Positions 20,726-30,047 of a stretch of DNA of 64,000 nt are shown here, one piece after another. Both the position numbers and the translations under genes were made by a program. This DNA comes from a virus. Numbering within the stretch: position 1 is the stretch's first letter; each line of letters begins with the position of its first letter. The stretch spans positions 96,927 through 160,926 of the IMG/VR virus record IMGVR_UViG_3300042397_002774. One strand, written 5' to 3'. Under the pieces are notes generated by a model. The model was not told the origin of the DNA. It did no database searches and saw nothing but the letters and a program-made list of their open reading frames with translations.

Positions 20726-20854
20726 TTATCGGCCTTGTCCTCTATATTTTTTAGGTTTTTGTTCTGTTGGGCCATAAGATTTTTTTGCTTTTCCGCTTAT
20801 CTTTTTACCAAATGAAACCTTTTGAGAAGAAGATGATGATTTTGTTTTTGCCAT
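20726..20854 (-). CDS. Small basic protein (42 aa) ending KKYRGQGR
   Basis: Hand translation MAKTKSSSSSQKVSFGKKISGKAKKSYGPTEQKPKKYRGQGR*; its ATG overlaps the upstream TAA; too short for the ORF track. Confidence 0.8.
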   Translation of the reverse strand: MAKTKSSSSSQKVSFGKKISGKAKKSYGPTEQKPKKYRGQGR

Positions 20855-22014
20855 TATTGGTTCAAGTTTTTAATTTTATTATTAAGTTGATTAACCATTT
20901 CTGAAATATTAGCAACATTCTTTTGGGTTGCTTTCCAATATCTAATTCCATCTTCTCCTTCACTTAATTCTTGTTTCATACGAGATGTATATTCAACAAT
21001 ACGATCAATTTCTTGTAATTTACGCTTTACTTCACGAATTGCTTTATGCAATTGTTCAGATTTAGTTCTATATGTTACTTCTTTTTTGAATTTACCATAG
21101 GACACTTCATTAAGTACTCCTTGTTCAATAATATCGTTTAATTTCATTTCGTATATTTTTTTATAATCAAACATTTTTGAGTTTTTTGGTAGTGTTAAAT
21201 CTGCTACTGTCCAACCCATTTTCTTTAAAAATTTTACTGCTCTGTTCTCACCTTTCTTTCCAAAGGCTTTTGGTGTAGCATAATTTTCACCTGATCCTGC
21301 ACTGAAAGAAGCACCACTACCAGTTACATTTTCCTCGTTCATCATTATTTCACGAGCATATGCTTTGATAGCAGATTTTAATGCTGCTCTTTTTTCTTCA
21401 TCTAATCCTTCTCTTCTTATTAAATTAAATCTTTGTGTAAAAAGTTTAGAATCATAAAGAAATTTTTCAATACTTGATTTCATTACTTCATACAACATTT
21501 CAACTCCTTTAATAATAGGTTGTATCCATCCTACAAAAGCATTAAAACTAGCTAATTTAGTAATTAAAGTTTGTAATCCATTTTCAGATAAATAAGAAAC
21601 TATAAAATTTTTAATAGCATCCGGAGCTAATCCTGACATTTTGTCTATTACATGTTTGGCAATGGCACCAATTCCAACAGATGCTAGAAATTTTTGCCAT
21701 CCAGTAAGATCAGTAATTTTAGTTACTACATTATTGATAGAGGCAACTAAATTGTTTAATCCTAATTTATTTAAAAAATCTATTAAACGTTTTAAAGTAT
21801 TTCGTTTGAAATTATACCAAACATCATCTGAAAAACGTTGTAGTATTGTTGGGTTTGACATTACCTGCCCTATGACAGCAGCTGCATCTTTCCAATCATT
21901 AATTTTATTAATTACATCATCATACTTTTCTCGAGCATATGCTTTCACACTATCCAAGAATGCTTCTTGTAATAGTTGTTCTTGCAAAAGTTTATTTTCT
22001 ATGCTCAATTCCAT
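20854..22014 (-). CDS. Multi-module hypothetical head-region protein
   Basis: Amphipathic N-terminal domain after LLQE, 'GENYATPKAF' unit, internal MKLNDIIE tag, C-terminal coiled coil. Confidence 0.7.
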   Translation of the reverse strand: MELSIENKLLQEQLLQEAFLDSVKAYAREKYDDVINKINDWKDAAAVIGQVMSNPTILQRFSDDVWYNFKRNTLKRLIDFLNKLGLNNLVASINNVVTKITDLTGWQKFLASVGIGAIAKHVIDKMSGLAPDAIKNFIVSYLSENGLQTLITKLASFNAFVGWIQPIIKGVEMLYEVMKSSIEKFLYDSKLFTQRFNLIRREGLDEEKRAALKSAIKAYAREIMMNEENVTGSGASFSAGSGENYATPKAFGKKGENRAVKFLKKMGWTVADLTLPKNSKMFDYKKIYEMKLNDIIEQGVLNEVSYGKFKKEVTYRTKSEQLHKAIREVKRKLQEIDRIVEYTSRMKQELSEGEDGIRYWKATQKNVANISEMVNQLNNKIKNLNQ

Positions 22015-22691
22015 TATTTATAGCCTAACTTAGTTAATACTTGTTCAACTTGGCTTCTAACAGCAGATTTACTAATTTTACCTGGCTCAAACCCTAAAGA
22101 TTGAAACCAAACTTCAAAAGCTCCTGGAAATTCCTGAATGCTGTTGATGTTTTTAGATTTATTAGCTACAGTAGTTGCTGATGCTTGAGCTCTACCTAAA
22201 GCAGCAACATCACTAGGTGTATTGGTTGCTGGGGCTTCATTTAAATTTTTCTCTAATTCATCAACTAGTTGATATACTATTGATTGTTGAGCTACAAGAT
22301 ATCCTGCGTTAGCTTCAACTTCTTTACCATATCCTCTATAAACACTTCCTTCTTGTCTAGCTATAATACATTTTAACCCATCAGGTTTTATGCTTATAGT
22401 ACTTTGTGTAAAATTATCATCCTTTGTATTTACTCCTTTTGATAATCCACTATTTCTGTTACCAGCAAATTCTTTAGCTAATTTATGTAATTCTTTTGCT
22501 TCTTCAACTGATATAGTTAATTGATTGTCTTTAAAACCCCCACCTAATACACTTAAAGTAATTTGTGTGTTTCCTTCTTTACTGGTGTCTTTTTGTATAT
22601 CTAAAGTATCTACAGCTTCTTCTAACTGCGATTCATTAAGTAATCCAGCTAATTGCTGCATTCTTTTAATTTCGTTAAGTTGATTTTTCAT
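22014..22691 (-). CDS. Hypothetical protein with scaffold-like RMQQLAG tag
   Basis: Starts MKNQLNEIKRMQQLAGLLNE. Confidence 0.75.
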   Translation of the reverse strand: MKNQLNEIKRMQQLAGLLNESQLEEAVDTLDIQKDTSKEGNTQITLSVLGGGFKDNQLTISVEEAKELHKLAKEFAGNRNSGLSKGVNTKDDNFTQSTISIKPDGLKCIIARQEGSVYRGYGKEVEANAGYLVAQQSIVYQLVDELEKNLNEAPATNTPSDVAALGRAQASATTVANKSKNINSIQEFPGAFEVWFQSLGFEPGKISKSAVRSQVEQVLTKLGYK

Positions 22692-22692
22692 A

Positions 22693-23547
22693 TTATTTAA
22701 CAGATTTTAATTCGGCTACTAATTGATGATAAGTCAATAATGTAATTATATCATCATCTTTTACACTTTGGTTTTTATCTAGAGGTTTAATTAAATTAAC
22801 TACTTCATTAATTTTAATTTTAATAGTATTATCTTCAACTTTTTCAACTAATTTAATTAATTGTTTTTTAATACCATCTATATTGTTGTTAACAAAATCT
22901 TTTAATTTTGTAGTACTAGATACGTTATTAATAAATTCTTTCAATACTAATTTTTGATCTGCTGTTAAATCACCGTACTTCTCATTGAATTTTTCAATAA
23001 GCATTTTATAAGCTAAAATACGAGTGCTCTTATCCATTGCACTATATTCTTCCATTACACGATCTTTAACTTCTTCTTTATTTACTTCTTTACGAGTAAT
23101 ATGTTCAAGTAAAGTTACTTTATTATCAATAACATTAGATGGATCTACAAATTCTAATGTAGAATAAGCTTCCATTAATGTATAAACAGCAGCATGTTGT
23201 TTGTAATTGTTTACTTTAGCTTTAAAGAATTCTTCTAAATTATAATGTTGCTTAATTTCTTTAATTAAGTTATATTTTTCTTTACGAAGAGCAGTGCGAT
23301 TTAGACGTGAATGGATTTCTAAAGTAGTATTGATTAATGATTCAGCTTTACCTTCAGAAATGGTTTTATTAGCTGTTAAGGTTTGATATAATTTATATTC
23401 CTTAGCTAATTCAGATTTGCTAAAATACTTTTTAATTAAAGGCAAAGATGCAGAATCTTTACCAGAAATAGTATCGGATGTTACTTGTCTCAATAAGAGT
23501 TCAAATAAAATTCCAGTATTTTTGTATTTGTTATGTTTTATTTTCAT
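22693..23547 (-). CDS. Helical head-module protein downstream of portal
   Basis: 284 aa, starts MKIKHNKYKNTGILFELL; has its own ATATTTAT motif. Confidence 0.75.
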   Translation of the reverse strand: MKIKHNKYKNTGILFELLLRQVTSDTISGKDSASLPLIKKYFSKSELAKEYKLYQTLTANKTISEGKAESLINTTLEIHSRLNRTALRKEKYNLIKEIKQHYNLEEFFKAKVNNYKQHAAVYTLMEAYSTLEFVDPSNVIDNKVTLLEHITRKEVNKEEVKDRVMEEYSAMDKSTRILAYKMLIEKFNEKYGDLTADQKLVLKEFINNVSSTTKLKDFVNNNIDGIKKQLIKLVEKVEDNTIKIKINEVVNLIKPLDKNQSVKDDDIITLLTYHQLVAELKSVK

Positions 23548-23578
23548 AAAAAGTATATAATCATTGCGTATAAATATG

Positions 23579-25441
23579 TTATTTTTCTATACCCTTGATG
23601 TTATCTTCATTTAATAAATTAGATTCTACAGGTTTTGTACTTTCGTATAATGTTACTTTTTTCAATTCAGCAGCTTCTTTTGCTCTTTTTAATTCAGCCA
23701 ATGCTAATGGTGAACCACCCTTATATGCTGTTTGCATTGGGTTTTTATCTTGGGTAGCAGTCATGTTGTATTCCTTACTACCAATTGGATCTTTACCAAA
23801 TGAGCTTTTCTGAGTGCCAAATATAGATGCTTTTTGTGTTGGTCTACCAACTGGATCTTTTTCATCATATCCTACTGGTACTGCTCCGTTACCGCTTCTA
23901 CCTTTACCATATAGTGAAGCTAAATCATGTGGTGTACCAAATGATCTACCTGTTTTAGCTGGATCATTGCCTTCATTTTCAACTTGTTGAAGTCTAAATG
24001 CACGTTTTTTATCCTCTAATACTAAATCACGATATTCATCTACTTGATCATCACTGAATTGGAATATTCTATCGTATATAAAATCTGATGGGATAATACC
24101 TGTATCAATAGCATCTTTAGCTAATGATACTTTTTCTTTCCACAATGCGATTTGTTCTTGTTGATATATAATAGATGGTGGTGTTAAAGATAATTCAAAG
24201 CTTGTTAATGAATCACCATCAAATCCTTGTGTATATAAATGTACTAATGCAATTTTGTATAACTCAGATACAAGTACCTTTTGTATACGTTCAATTGTAC
24301 GAGCAAATCTAATATCTTCAGCAGCTAATGTTGCTTTACCAGTTAAGTCTTTTTCAAATCCAAAGAATGCTTTAGGTACCTTAAGGGCAGCTAACATTTC
24401 ATCACGTAAGAAGTTTACATCCTCAATACCATTATATTCTAAACCTTTTAAGGTATCAATTTTGGTATTTTGGTTTGCACCTCTAACAGGAATAATAAAA
24501 TCTTCAAGTGAGTTTTGGATATTAAAACGTAAGTTGTATTCACCTGTTTGAGCATCCATGAATGGAGTCTTCTTCATTTTATTGGTGATACGCTCCATGT
24601 AGTTATCAACTTCATGTGCTGGTATTCCACCAACGTCTACGTAGAAGATACGTTTTTCTGGAGATCTCATAATACGATGAATTAACATCGCATCTTTCAT
24701 TAATGTATATTGCTTATAAACCTTACGAGCTGGTTCAATAAATGAACGTCCATAAGGTAAATAGTTAGCATCAGCATATAATCTAAAATGTGCTACTTCA
24801 TAATTCTCAAAACGCTTTTTCATGTTACTCTTATCCATATGGATAGTACTTGCTAATGCGTTTGGATCGTATTCGTAATAAACCTCAAATGGGTTTTCAG
24901 GATTTAAACCTTCTCTTCTAGCTAATTCATATGAAGATAAAGGCATAACATTATATACACCTACCTCACTATTAATTTCTAGGAATAAATAAAAATCTCC
25001 GTACTTACACATCTGACGTGTCCAAGGCCAAAGATTAAATTCTATGTTTAAGATATCGTAAAATAAATTGTAAAGTACTCTTTGTACTTTTTCATCTGAA
25101 GAACGAATTTGTAATACTTCTCCAGCTTCATTCTTTAATGTAGTTTCATCAGCAACAATGTCAAGAGCAGAAGCAATAATTGATTCTGAATCCATTGCTT
25201 CGTAATCATTATATAATTGTGTTCTTAATGTCTGATAGTTAATAGCAGGATTGAACATAGCAGACATGCTAGTTCTGTGTAGACGTGTAAAACGGTCTAC
25301 CAAGCTATTTGTTTGTGCACTTCCATAAGCTTGAGTGCGGTCGGTATCAACCACTTTTAATTGGCTTCCACCAACGTTTCTTACGATAACGTCAGTTGAA
25401 AACAATCTTCTCAGCCTTGAAAATAAATCTGTATTAGCCAT
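23579..25441 (-). CDS. Portal protein (T4 gp20-like)
   Basis: 'DAMLIHRIMRSPEKRIFYVDVG', 'EDFIIPVRG', 'IDTLKG', 'IEDVNFLRDEMLAALKVP', 'EDIRFARTIERIQ'. Confidence 0.95.
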   Translation of the reverse strand: MANTDLFSRLRRLFSTDVIVRNVGGSQLKVVDTDRTQAYGSAQTNSLVDRFTRLHRTSMSAMFNPAINYQTLRTQLYNDYEAMDSESIIASALDIVADETTLKNEAGEVLQIRSSDEKVQRVLYNLFYDILNIEFNLWPWTRQMCKYGDFYLFLEINSEVGVYNVMPLSSYELARREGLNPENPFEVYYEYDPNALASTIHMDKSNMKKRFENYEVAHFRLYADANYLPYGRSFIEPARKVYKQYTLMKDAMLIHRIMRSPEKRIFYVDVGGIPAHEVDNYMERITNKMKKTPFMDAQTGEYNLRFNIQNSLEDFIIPVRGANQNTKIDTLKGLEYNGIEDVNFLRDEMLAALKVPKAFFGFEKDLTGKATLAAEDIRFARTIERIQKVLVSELYKIALVHLYTQGFDGDSLTSFELSLTPPSIIYQQEQIALWKEKVSLAKDAIDTGIIPSDFIYDRIFQFSDDQVDEYRDLVLEDKKRAFRLQQVENEGNDPAKTGRSFGTPHDLASLYGKGRSGNGAVPVGYDEKDPVGRPTQKASIFGTQKSSFGKDPIGSKEYNMTATQDKNPMQTAYKGGSPLALAELKRAKEAAELKKVTLYESTKPVESNLLNEDNIKGIEK

Positions 25442-25474
25442 TTTTTTATTTTAGTATGTATAACAATAAATATT

Positions 25475-27052
25475 CTAACCCAATAACCATCGTATATCTT
25501 CTGCATTTCCGTGGGCATCATCTATTTTGTATGGATTACCTCCAGGTATCCATTGCCCACCTCCATACTGCTGATCTCCAGTTTTCCTAAAGTTTAATAA
25601 ACTTGCAGTTGCTAGATCACGACCTATTTGCGCAAATCTGGATGCTGTATCTCTAATAAAGAGACCCATTGATAATGACAATACTAAGTCATCATTATAT
25701 CCGTTTTGTGCTTGCCCCTTACCATGCATCCAAATAAACACTCTTAATTCCTCAAGTAAGCGCTTTGAATGAAAGGTAAATGACTTATCTCGAAGGTACG
25801 ACTCCATCTTTGAGATAACAAGTGGTCTTGTCTTTGCTGATGTAGTAAATCCAGGAACTGTTTGCCCTGAGTCTAATTTTGATAGATATTTGTCAGCACT
25901 TAATTCACCATATGAGCGAGGTGAATAGTATAAATTTGCGTACTCGCGGTCTATAATAGTATTTACGACATCCCAACCGATATTAGCATTTTCCACTACT
26001 AAAAGCGCATTATTATATTCAGTAGCCACCGATACTAACATATTTCCGTACTCACGTGTGCCTATTTGGGATTTAAACTCAGCTACTTGCTGACATGCTT
26101 CTAAATCAATGACTTGGAATGCAGAATAGTCACTTCCATCTCCACGGGCAACGTCGGCTGATACAATGTAGTTTTTATTATAATCAGGATATTGCCAAAT
26201 CCAAAAATCACCTCCCATGAAACGACGTTCAACAGGATCCATTATAAATCCTTCATAATATTCTAATGTTTCTGGGTCAATTACTGTTGCACCTGAGCCT
26301 AAGAAGTCACAATCATATTCCTGCGCAAAATCTCTTGCAGTCATATTTTCTTTTTCATTCTTAACCCAAGCACTATCTCTATCAGGGTGAACATCCCATT
26401 TTAATTGGATAGGAACAAAACTATTTTTACTTAATTCTGCTTCAACCCAGGTTTTGTGGAACCAATTACCTACACCATTTGGTGAAGATAATGCTACGCA
26501 ACCACCACCTGTTGAGATTGTAGGTTTAATTGCGGTATATATTTTATCAATACCCTCAATAAACGCAGCCTCATCCATAATCAACCAAGATACTGCAAAC
26601 GAACGACCAGCATCACTAGAAGCAGAGGTCGCTTTAATAAACGAACCATTTGATAGTTTTAATGATGTTTGGTTTGATGCTACTGGTTTAGAGCCTTTTA
26701 ACCATGAAGGTAAGTTATTGTACATGAATTGAACCTTTTCAACCATGTTTTGTGCTGTTAGTTGCTTAGTTGCAATACATAATATTGCTTTATCTTTATG
26801 GAATAACATTAACCATAAAGCATAACCGGCACATAAAGTAGAGATACCTAACTGACGAGATTTATTAATAATATTGTAGTCGTTTGCTCTAAAGGATTTT
26901 AATACATCTTCCTGAAAAGGATATAGATGAAATAAAATTCTACCTTTAATTGGATGGGTAATGAAACAATATTTTCTAAAGAAATGGACAGGATCAGAAG
27001 CACATTTGATGTATTCCTGTTTAATTATGTCCTTTATATTTTGATCGCTCAT
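25475..27052 (-). CDS. Terminase large subunit (gp17-like)
   Basis: 'LYPFQ', 'KSRQLGIST', 'IMDEAAF', 'SSPNG', 'FAQEYDC', 'SADVARGDGSDYS', 'NDDLV'. Confidence 0.97.
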   Translation of the reverse strand: MSDQNIKDIIKQEYIKCASDPVHFFRKYCFITHPIKGRILFHLYPFQEDVLKSFRANDYNIINKSRQLGISTLCAGYALWLMLFHKDKAILCIATKQLTAQNMVEKVQFMYNNLPSWLKGSKPVASNQTSLKLSNGSFIKATSASSDAGRSFAVSWLIMDEAAFIEGIDKIYTAIKPTISTGGGCVALSSPNGVGNWFHKTWVEAELSKNSFVPIQLKWDVHPDRDSAWVKNEKENMTARDFAQEYDCDFLGSGATVIDPETLEYYEGFIMDPVERRFMGGDFWIWQYPDYNKNYIVSADVARGDGSDYSAFQVIDLEACQQVAEFKSQIGTREYGNMLVSVATEYNNALLVVENANIGWDVVNTIIDREYANLYYSPRSYGELSADKYLSKLDSGQTVPGFTTSAKTRPLVISKMESYLRDKSFTFHSKRLLEELRVFIWMHGKGQAQNGYNDDLVLSLSMGLFIRDTASRFAQIGRDLATASLLNFRKTGDQQYGGGQWIPGGNPYKIDDAHGNAEDIRWLLG

Positions 27053-27078
27053 ATACTAATTGTTGTATATAAATATAT

Positions 27079-27105
27079 AAAAGAAACCCCAACTTATGTT
27101 GGGGT
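27079..27105 (-). terminator. Rho-independent terminator
   Basis: ACCCCAAC-ataa-GTTGGGGT-TTCTTTT on the minus strand. Confidence 0.8.
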
Positions 27106-27136
27106 CAGTCCTACAATACTATTATAGGAGGGGCAC

Positions 27137-27832
27137 TTATTTAACTAACATTAGATAACCTAAACCTCCAATCACTATATAACTTCCTATACGTTGGAAT
27201 TTAGATTTTGCTTTTAATTTCTTTAATTGCAAGTCTATTTGGTTATATTGATCTTCCCAACCTGCAATTTCCTTATCTTTATTTGTTAAAATCAACTTAT
27301 ATTTACTTTCTTTATTTTCAAATCCAGTAATAATATTGTCTTTAACAGTTATTTTTGCTTCCAATGTAGTAATAGTACTATCTTTTAATACGATAATTTG
27401 TTTAGTACCATCTAATTCTACTAAATCTTTAGCAGCAGCAACTAATACTGGTTGTGCTAAAGGTAATGGGTTAGTTATTGTATCTTTAGGGTAACGAGTA
27501 TTAAATGAACTGATTAATTCATGTTCTGTAAAAGTATCAACTTTGCTTTTTTCTACTTCAATAGTTTCAACAATCCTAATTACTTTTGCTTTTTGGTGTT
27601 CTACCTTATATGTTAATTCTTCACTAACATAATTTAATGAGTCAATAACAGCATCATCTTTTTTAATTTCAGCAAATAATGAATCATTTACTTTATGTAA
27701 ACTATCCATTTCAACTAAAAATGCTTTATGATCAGCATTACTACTACATTTTTCAAACAATACACTACCTATTGCTATAATAGCTACTACTATAACAATT
27801 TTTGGCAACCATTTTTTAACTAATAACATCAT
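27137..27832 (-). CDS. Membrane-anchored coiled-coil protein, possible spanin
   Basis: Start moved to ATG 27832. N-terminal hydrophobic helix followed by Cys, long coiled coil, C-terminal hydrophobic helix. Confidence 0.55.
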   Translation of the reverse strand: MMLLVKKWLPKIVIVVAIIAIGSVLFEKCSSNADHKAFLVEMDSLHKVNDSLFAEIKKDDAVIDSLNYVSEELTYKVEHQKAKVIRIVETIEVEKSKVDTFTEHELISSFNTRYPKDTITNPLPLAQPVLVAAAKDLVELDGTKQIIVLKDSTITTLEAKITVKDNIITGFENKESKYKLILTNKDKEIAGWEDQYNQIDLQLKKLKAKSKFQRIGSYIVIGGLGYLMLVK

Positions 27833-27836
27833 ATTT

Positions 27837-28997
27837 TTATTTTTTGATACCTGCATAATACTGCATTCTGTGTTTAATACCTTCATTCAAATCATCCATT
27901 TCATCTTCGTCCTCAAGTGGATTTTCGATTGGTGGTGGAGCAATATATTCTTTGCCTGCTTTTTTAGCAATATCTTTTTGTAAATATTCTGATTTAGCAA
28001 CTAAAGCATCAATTCTCTGTTCTAGACTTGCTTTTAAATCAGTTAAACCTTTAATTTCTCTAGCTGTACTACCTACGTCATTAATATCACCAGGTGTGCT
28101 TCTATATCTTTTAGTTTTTAATAGATTTGATTTAACACTTCTTAAACGATCAGATAATTTTGAATATTCCATCCAATCTTGATAATCTTCATCTGAAATG
28201 GTAACTGCTGATTTTGATCTGCTACCACCTGTCATTTCAGGTTCTGGTTCTTCTCCTGAAGCTTTAGCTGCTGCGAATGCTGCTTCTACTTCATCATCTG
28301 ACATTTCTTCTTGGCCTGATATTCCTAATGAATCTAATTCACGTGATGTAAACATACTACCAGCTCCTGCTCTTCTACCTCTTGGATTGTAATATAATTC
28401 TTCATCACCAGTCGCTGTTGTAGATGCTGTTGGAGTAGGTCTTGGGTTTGTTAATCTTGGTGCTGCTTGTTCTGATGAAGAAACAATAACACCTGCATCA
28501 ACTAATTCCATAAAATCTTTATTGATTGGATTTTGTTTATCATAACCCATTTCACCAGCTACGTTCATTTTTGATACTGCTGATCCTGCTGCTTGAATAG
28601 CTGCTAAAATTTTAGCTTTTTTACCAGAAAATCCTGCAATTTGTGCATCAGTAACATCGTCTGCTAATTGATATCTAACACCAACATTTGCCATTTCGTC
28701 TAATTCTGTTGAAGACATACCTGGTTTTGATAGTTTGGTAAGTTTTAATTGTGCTGCTTGTATATTTTTATTAACAGCATTTATTTCAGCATCTTTTCCT
28801 GGTTTATCTACTGGAGCTACTTGTTGAGCAGTTAATTCTTGTTTTTTCTTATTAAGTGCTGCTATTTTAGCTCTTTCGGCAGCTAATGCTGCATTTTGTG
28901 CTTGTTTATCCTCAGCAGGACCTTCTTCAATTACTTCAAGTAATGCTTCACGGATAATATCTTGCAGTTCAGATTTTTTCATGGTATCGTTATTCAT
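27837..28997 (-). CDS. Hypothetical protein with N-terminal LxxIIREA and C-terminal RMQYYAGI tags
   Basis: Start moved to 28997 (or 28982), downstream of the ATATTTAT motif at 29009-29017. Confidence 0.7.
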   Translation of the reverse strand: MNNDTMKKSELQDIIREALLEVIEEGPAEDKQAQNAALAAERAKIAALNKKKQELTAQQVAPVDKPGKDAEINAVNKNIQAAQLKLTKLSKPGMSSTELDEMANVGVRYQLADDVTDAQIAGFSGKKAKILAAIQAAGSAVSKMNVAGEMGYDKQNPINKDFMELVDAGVIVSSSEQAAPRLTNPRPTPTASTTATGDEELYYNPRGRRAGAGSMFTSRELDSLGISGQEEMSDDEVEAAFAAAKASGEEPEPEMTGGSRSKSAVTISDEDYQDWMEYSKLSDRLRSVKSNLLKTKRYRSTPGDINDVGSTAREIKGLTDLKASLEQRIDALVAKSEYLQKDIAKKAGKEYIAPPPIENPLEDEDEMDDLNEGIKHRMQYYAGIKK

Positions 28998-29016
28998 AAT
29001 TTTATATGTATAAATA

Positions 29017-29535
29017 TTAAAGACTTTGCAAAATTGCAGCAATACGTTCTTCAGTTGTACCTTCGACTTTAATTAATTTATTAGGTTTAAACTCATCTAA
29101 TGATAATTGTATAGCTACATCTATTTTTCTACGATATTCTAAATCAGTTTCACGTACACCATTATCTTCCATTTCAACACCATTTGGCGATACATAAATA
29201 ACTAAATCATAATAACTACGAAGATGCATAGCTGATTCAACAAATGAGCGTTTTTCCCAATCTTTTATAGTTTTTGATGATAAAGTAAATGAACATACAT
29301 CCCATACTGTACGATCTGTAATGATTTTAGGTTGTAATAATTCACTAGCACGTTCTGCTAAAAATATAAATTGACCTGGTAATGTTGAATCTGTATTTAA
29401 TGGAATACCTAGCCCACTAAGATATCTACTACGTTCAGTTTGTACAACATGATCTTTAAATTGATCAGTTTCACCTAACGCTTTTGCTAATGTAGTTTTA
29501 CCTACACTCATTGTTCCTGCTAATCCTATTCTCAT
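29017..29535 (-). CDS. P-loop nucleoside/nucleotide kinase (NadR-type AAA_28-like)
   Basis: 'MRIGLAGTMSVGKTTL', 'ITDRTVWD', 'YDLVIYV', 'EDNGVR', 'GTTEERI'. Confidence 0.8.
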   Translation of the reverse strand: MRIGLAGTMSVGKTTLAKALGETDQFKDHVVQTERSRYLSGLGIPLNTDSTLPGQFIFLAERASELLQPKIITDRTVWDVCSFTLSSKTIKDWEKRSFVESAMHLRSYYDLVIYVSPNGVEMEDNGVRETDLEYRRKIDVAIQLSLDEFKPNKLIKVEGTTEERIAAILQSL

Positions 29536-29786
29536 TTATTTCTATTATTTATTTTTTTCATTTGACGTGCTACTTTCTTCTGCTGTAAAGCTTCTTTAAC
29601 TTGTTGCTTTAAACGTTTTTCAGCACCTGGTTTGTATTTGACATCTACCTCAATTGGTCCTTTATCAAATTTATCCAAATCATACTTCCATGTTTCAACA
29701 GTATTATCATCCTCATAAACTCTACTGAATTTACGAGGTTGATCTACTGGTTGTGATTCTTTAGGTCTACCTCTTCTCTCTTCCAT
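29532..29786 (-). CDS. Hypothetical protein
   Basis: 84 aa ORF coupled to the kinase gene. Confidence 0.65.
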   Translation of the reverse strand: MEERRGRPKESQPVDQPRKFSRVYEDDNTVETWKYDLDKFDKGPIEVDVKYKPGAEKRLKQQVKEALQQKKVARQMKKINNRNK

Positions 29787-29812
29787 GCTTAAATGTATGA
29801 ATTTTATTTTGC

Positions 29813-30043
29813 CTAAACTCTAGCACCTGCTGCTTTACCTGCTGCTGTTTTATGGAATGGTTGCCCATTGCCATCTTTTTTTCGATCATCCCATTGTTCT
29901 TTGGTAAATTGAAAACCAAATAACCAATACTCGGCTGCGCGTTTATTACCTTGGGGAATATATGCGGGACCGTCCCAGTTATGCATTTTTCCATCTAAAT
30001 AGTATACTATACTACCGTCTGCTGTTTTTATTCTTTTTGTCAT
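29813..30043 (-). CDS. Small protein with a 'HxxDGPA' repeat unit
   Basis: 'YYLDGKMHNWDGPAYI...EYWLFG'. Confidence 0.7.
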   Translation of the reverse strand: MTKRIKTADGSIVYYLDGKMHNWDGPAYIPQGNKRAAEYWLFGFQFTKEQWDDRKKDGNGQPFHKTAAGKAAGARV

Positions 30044-30047
30044 TGTT

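Noticed and set aside
23579-27052. Introns or inteins in terminase or portal
   Set aside because: Normal lengths, continuous motifs, no intein splice motifs seen.
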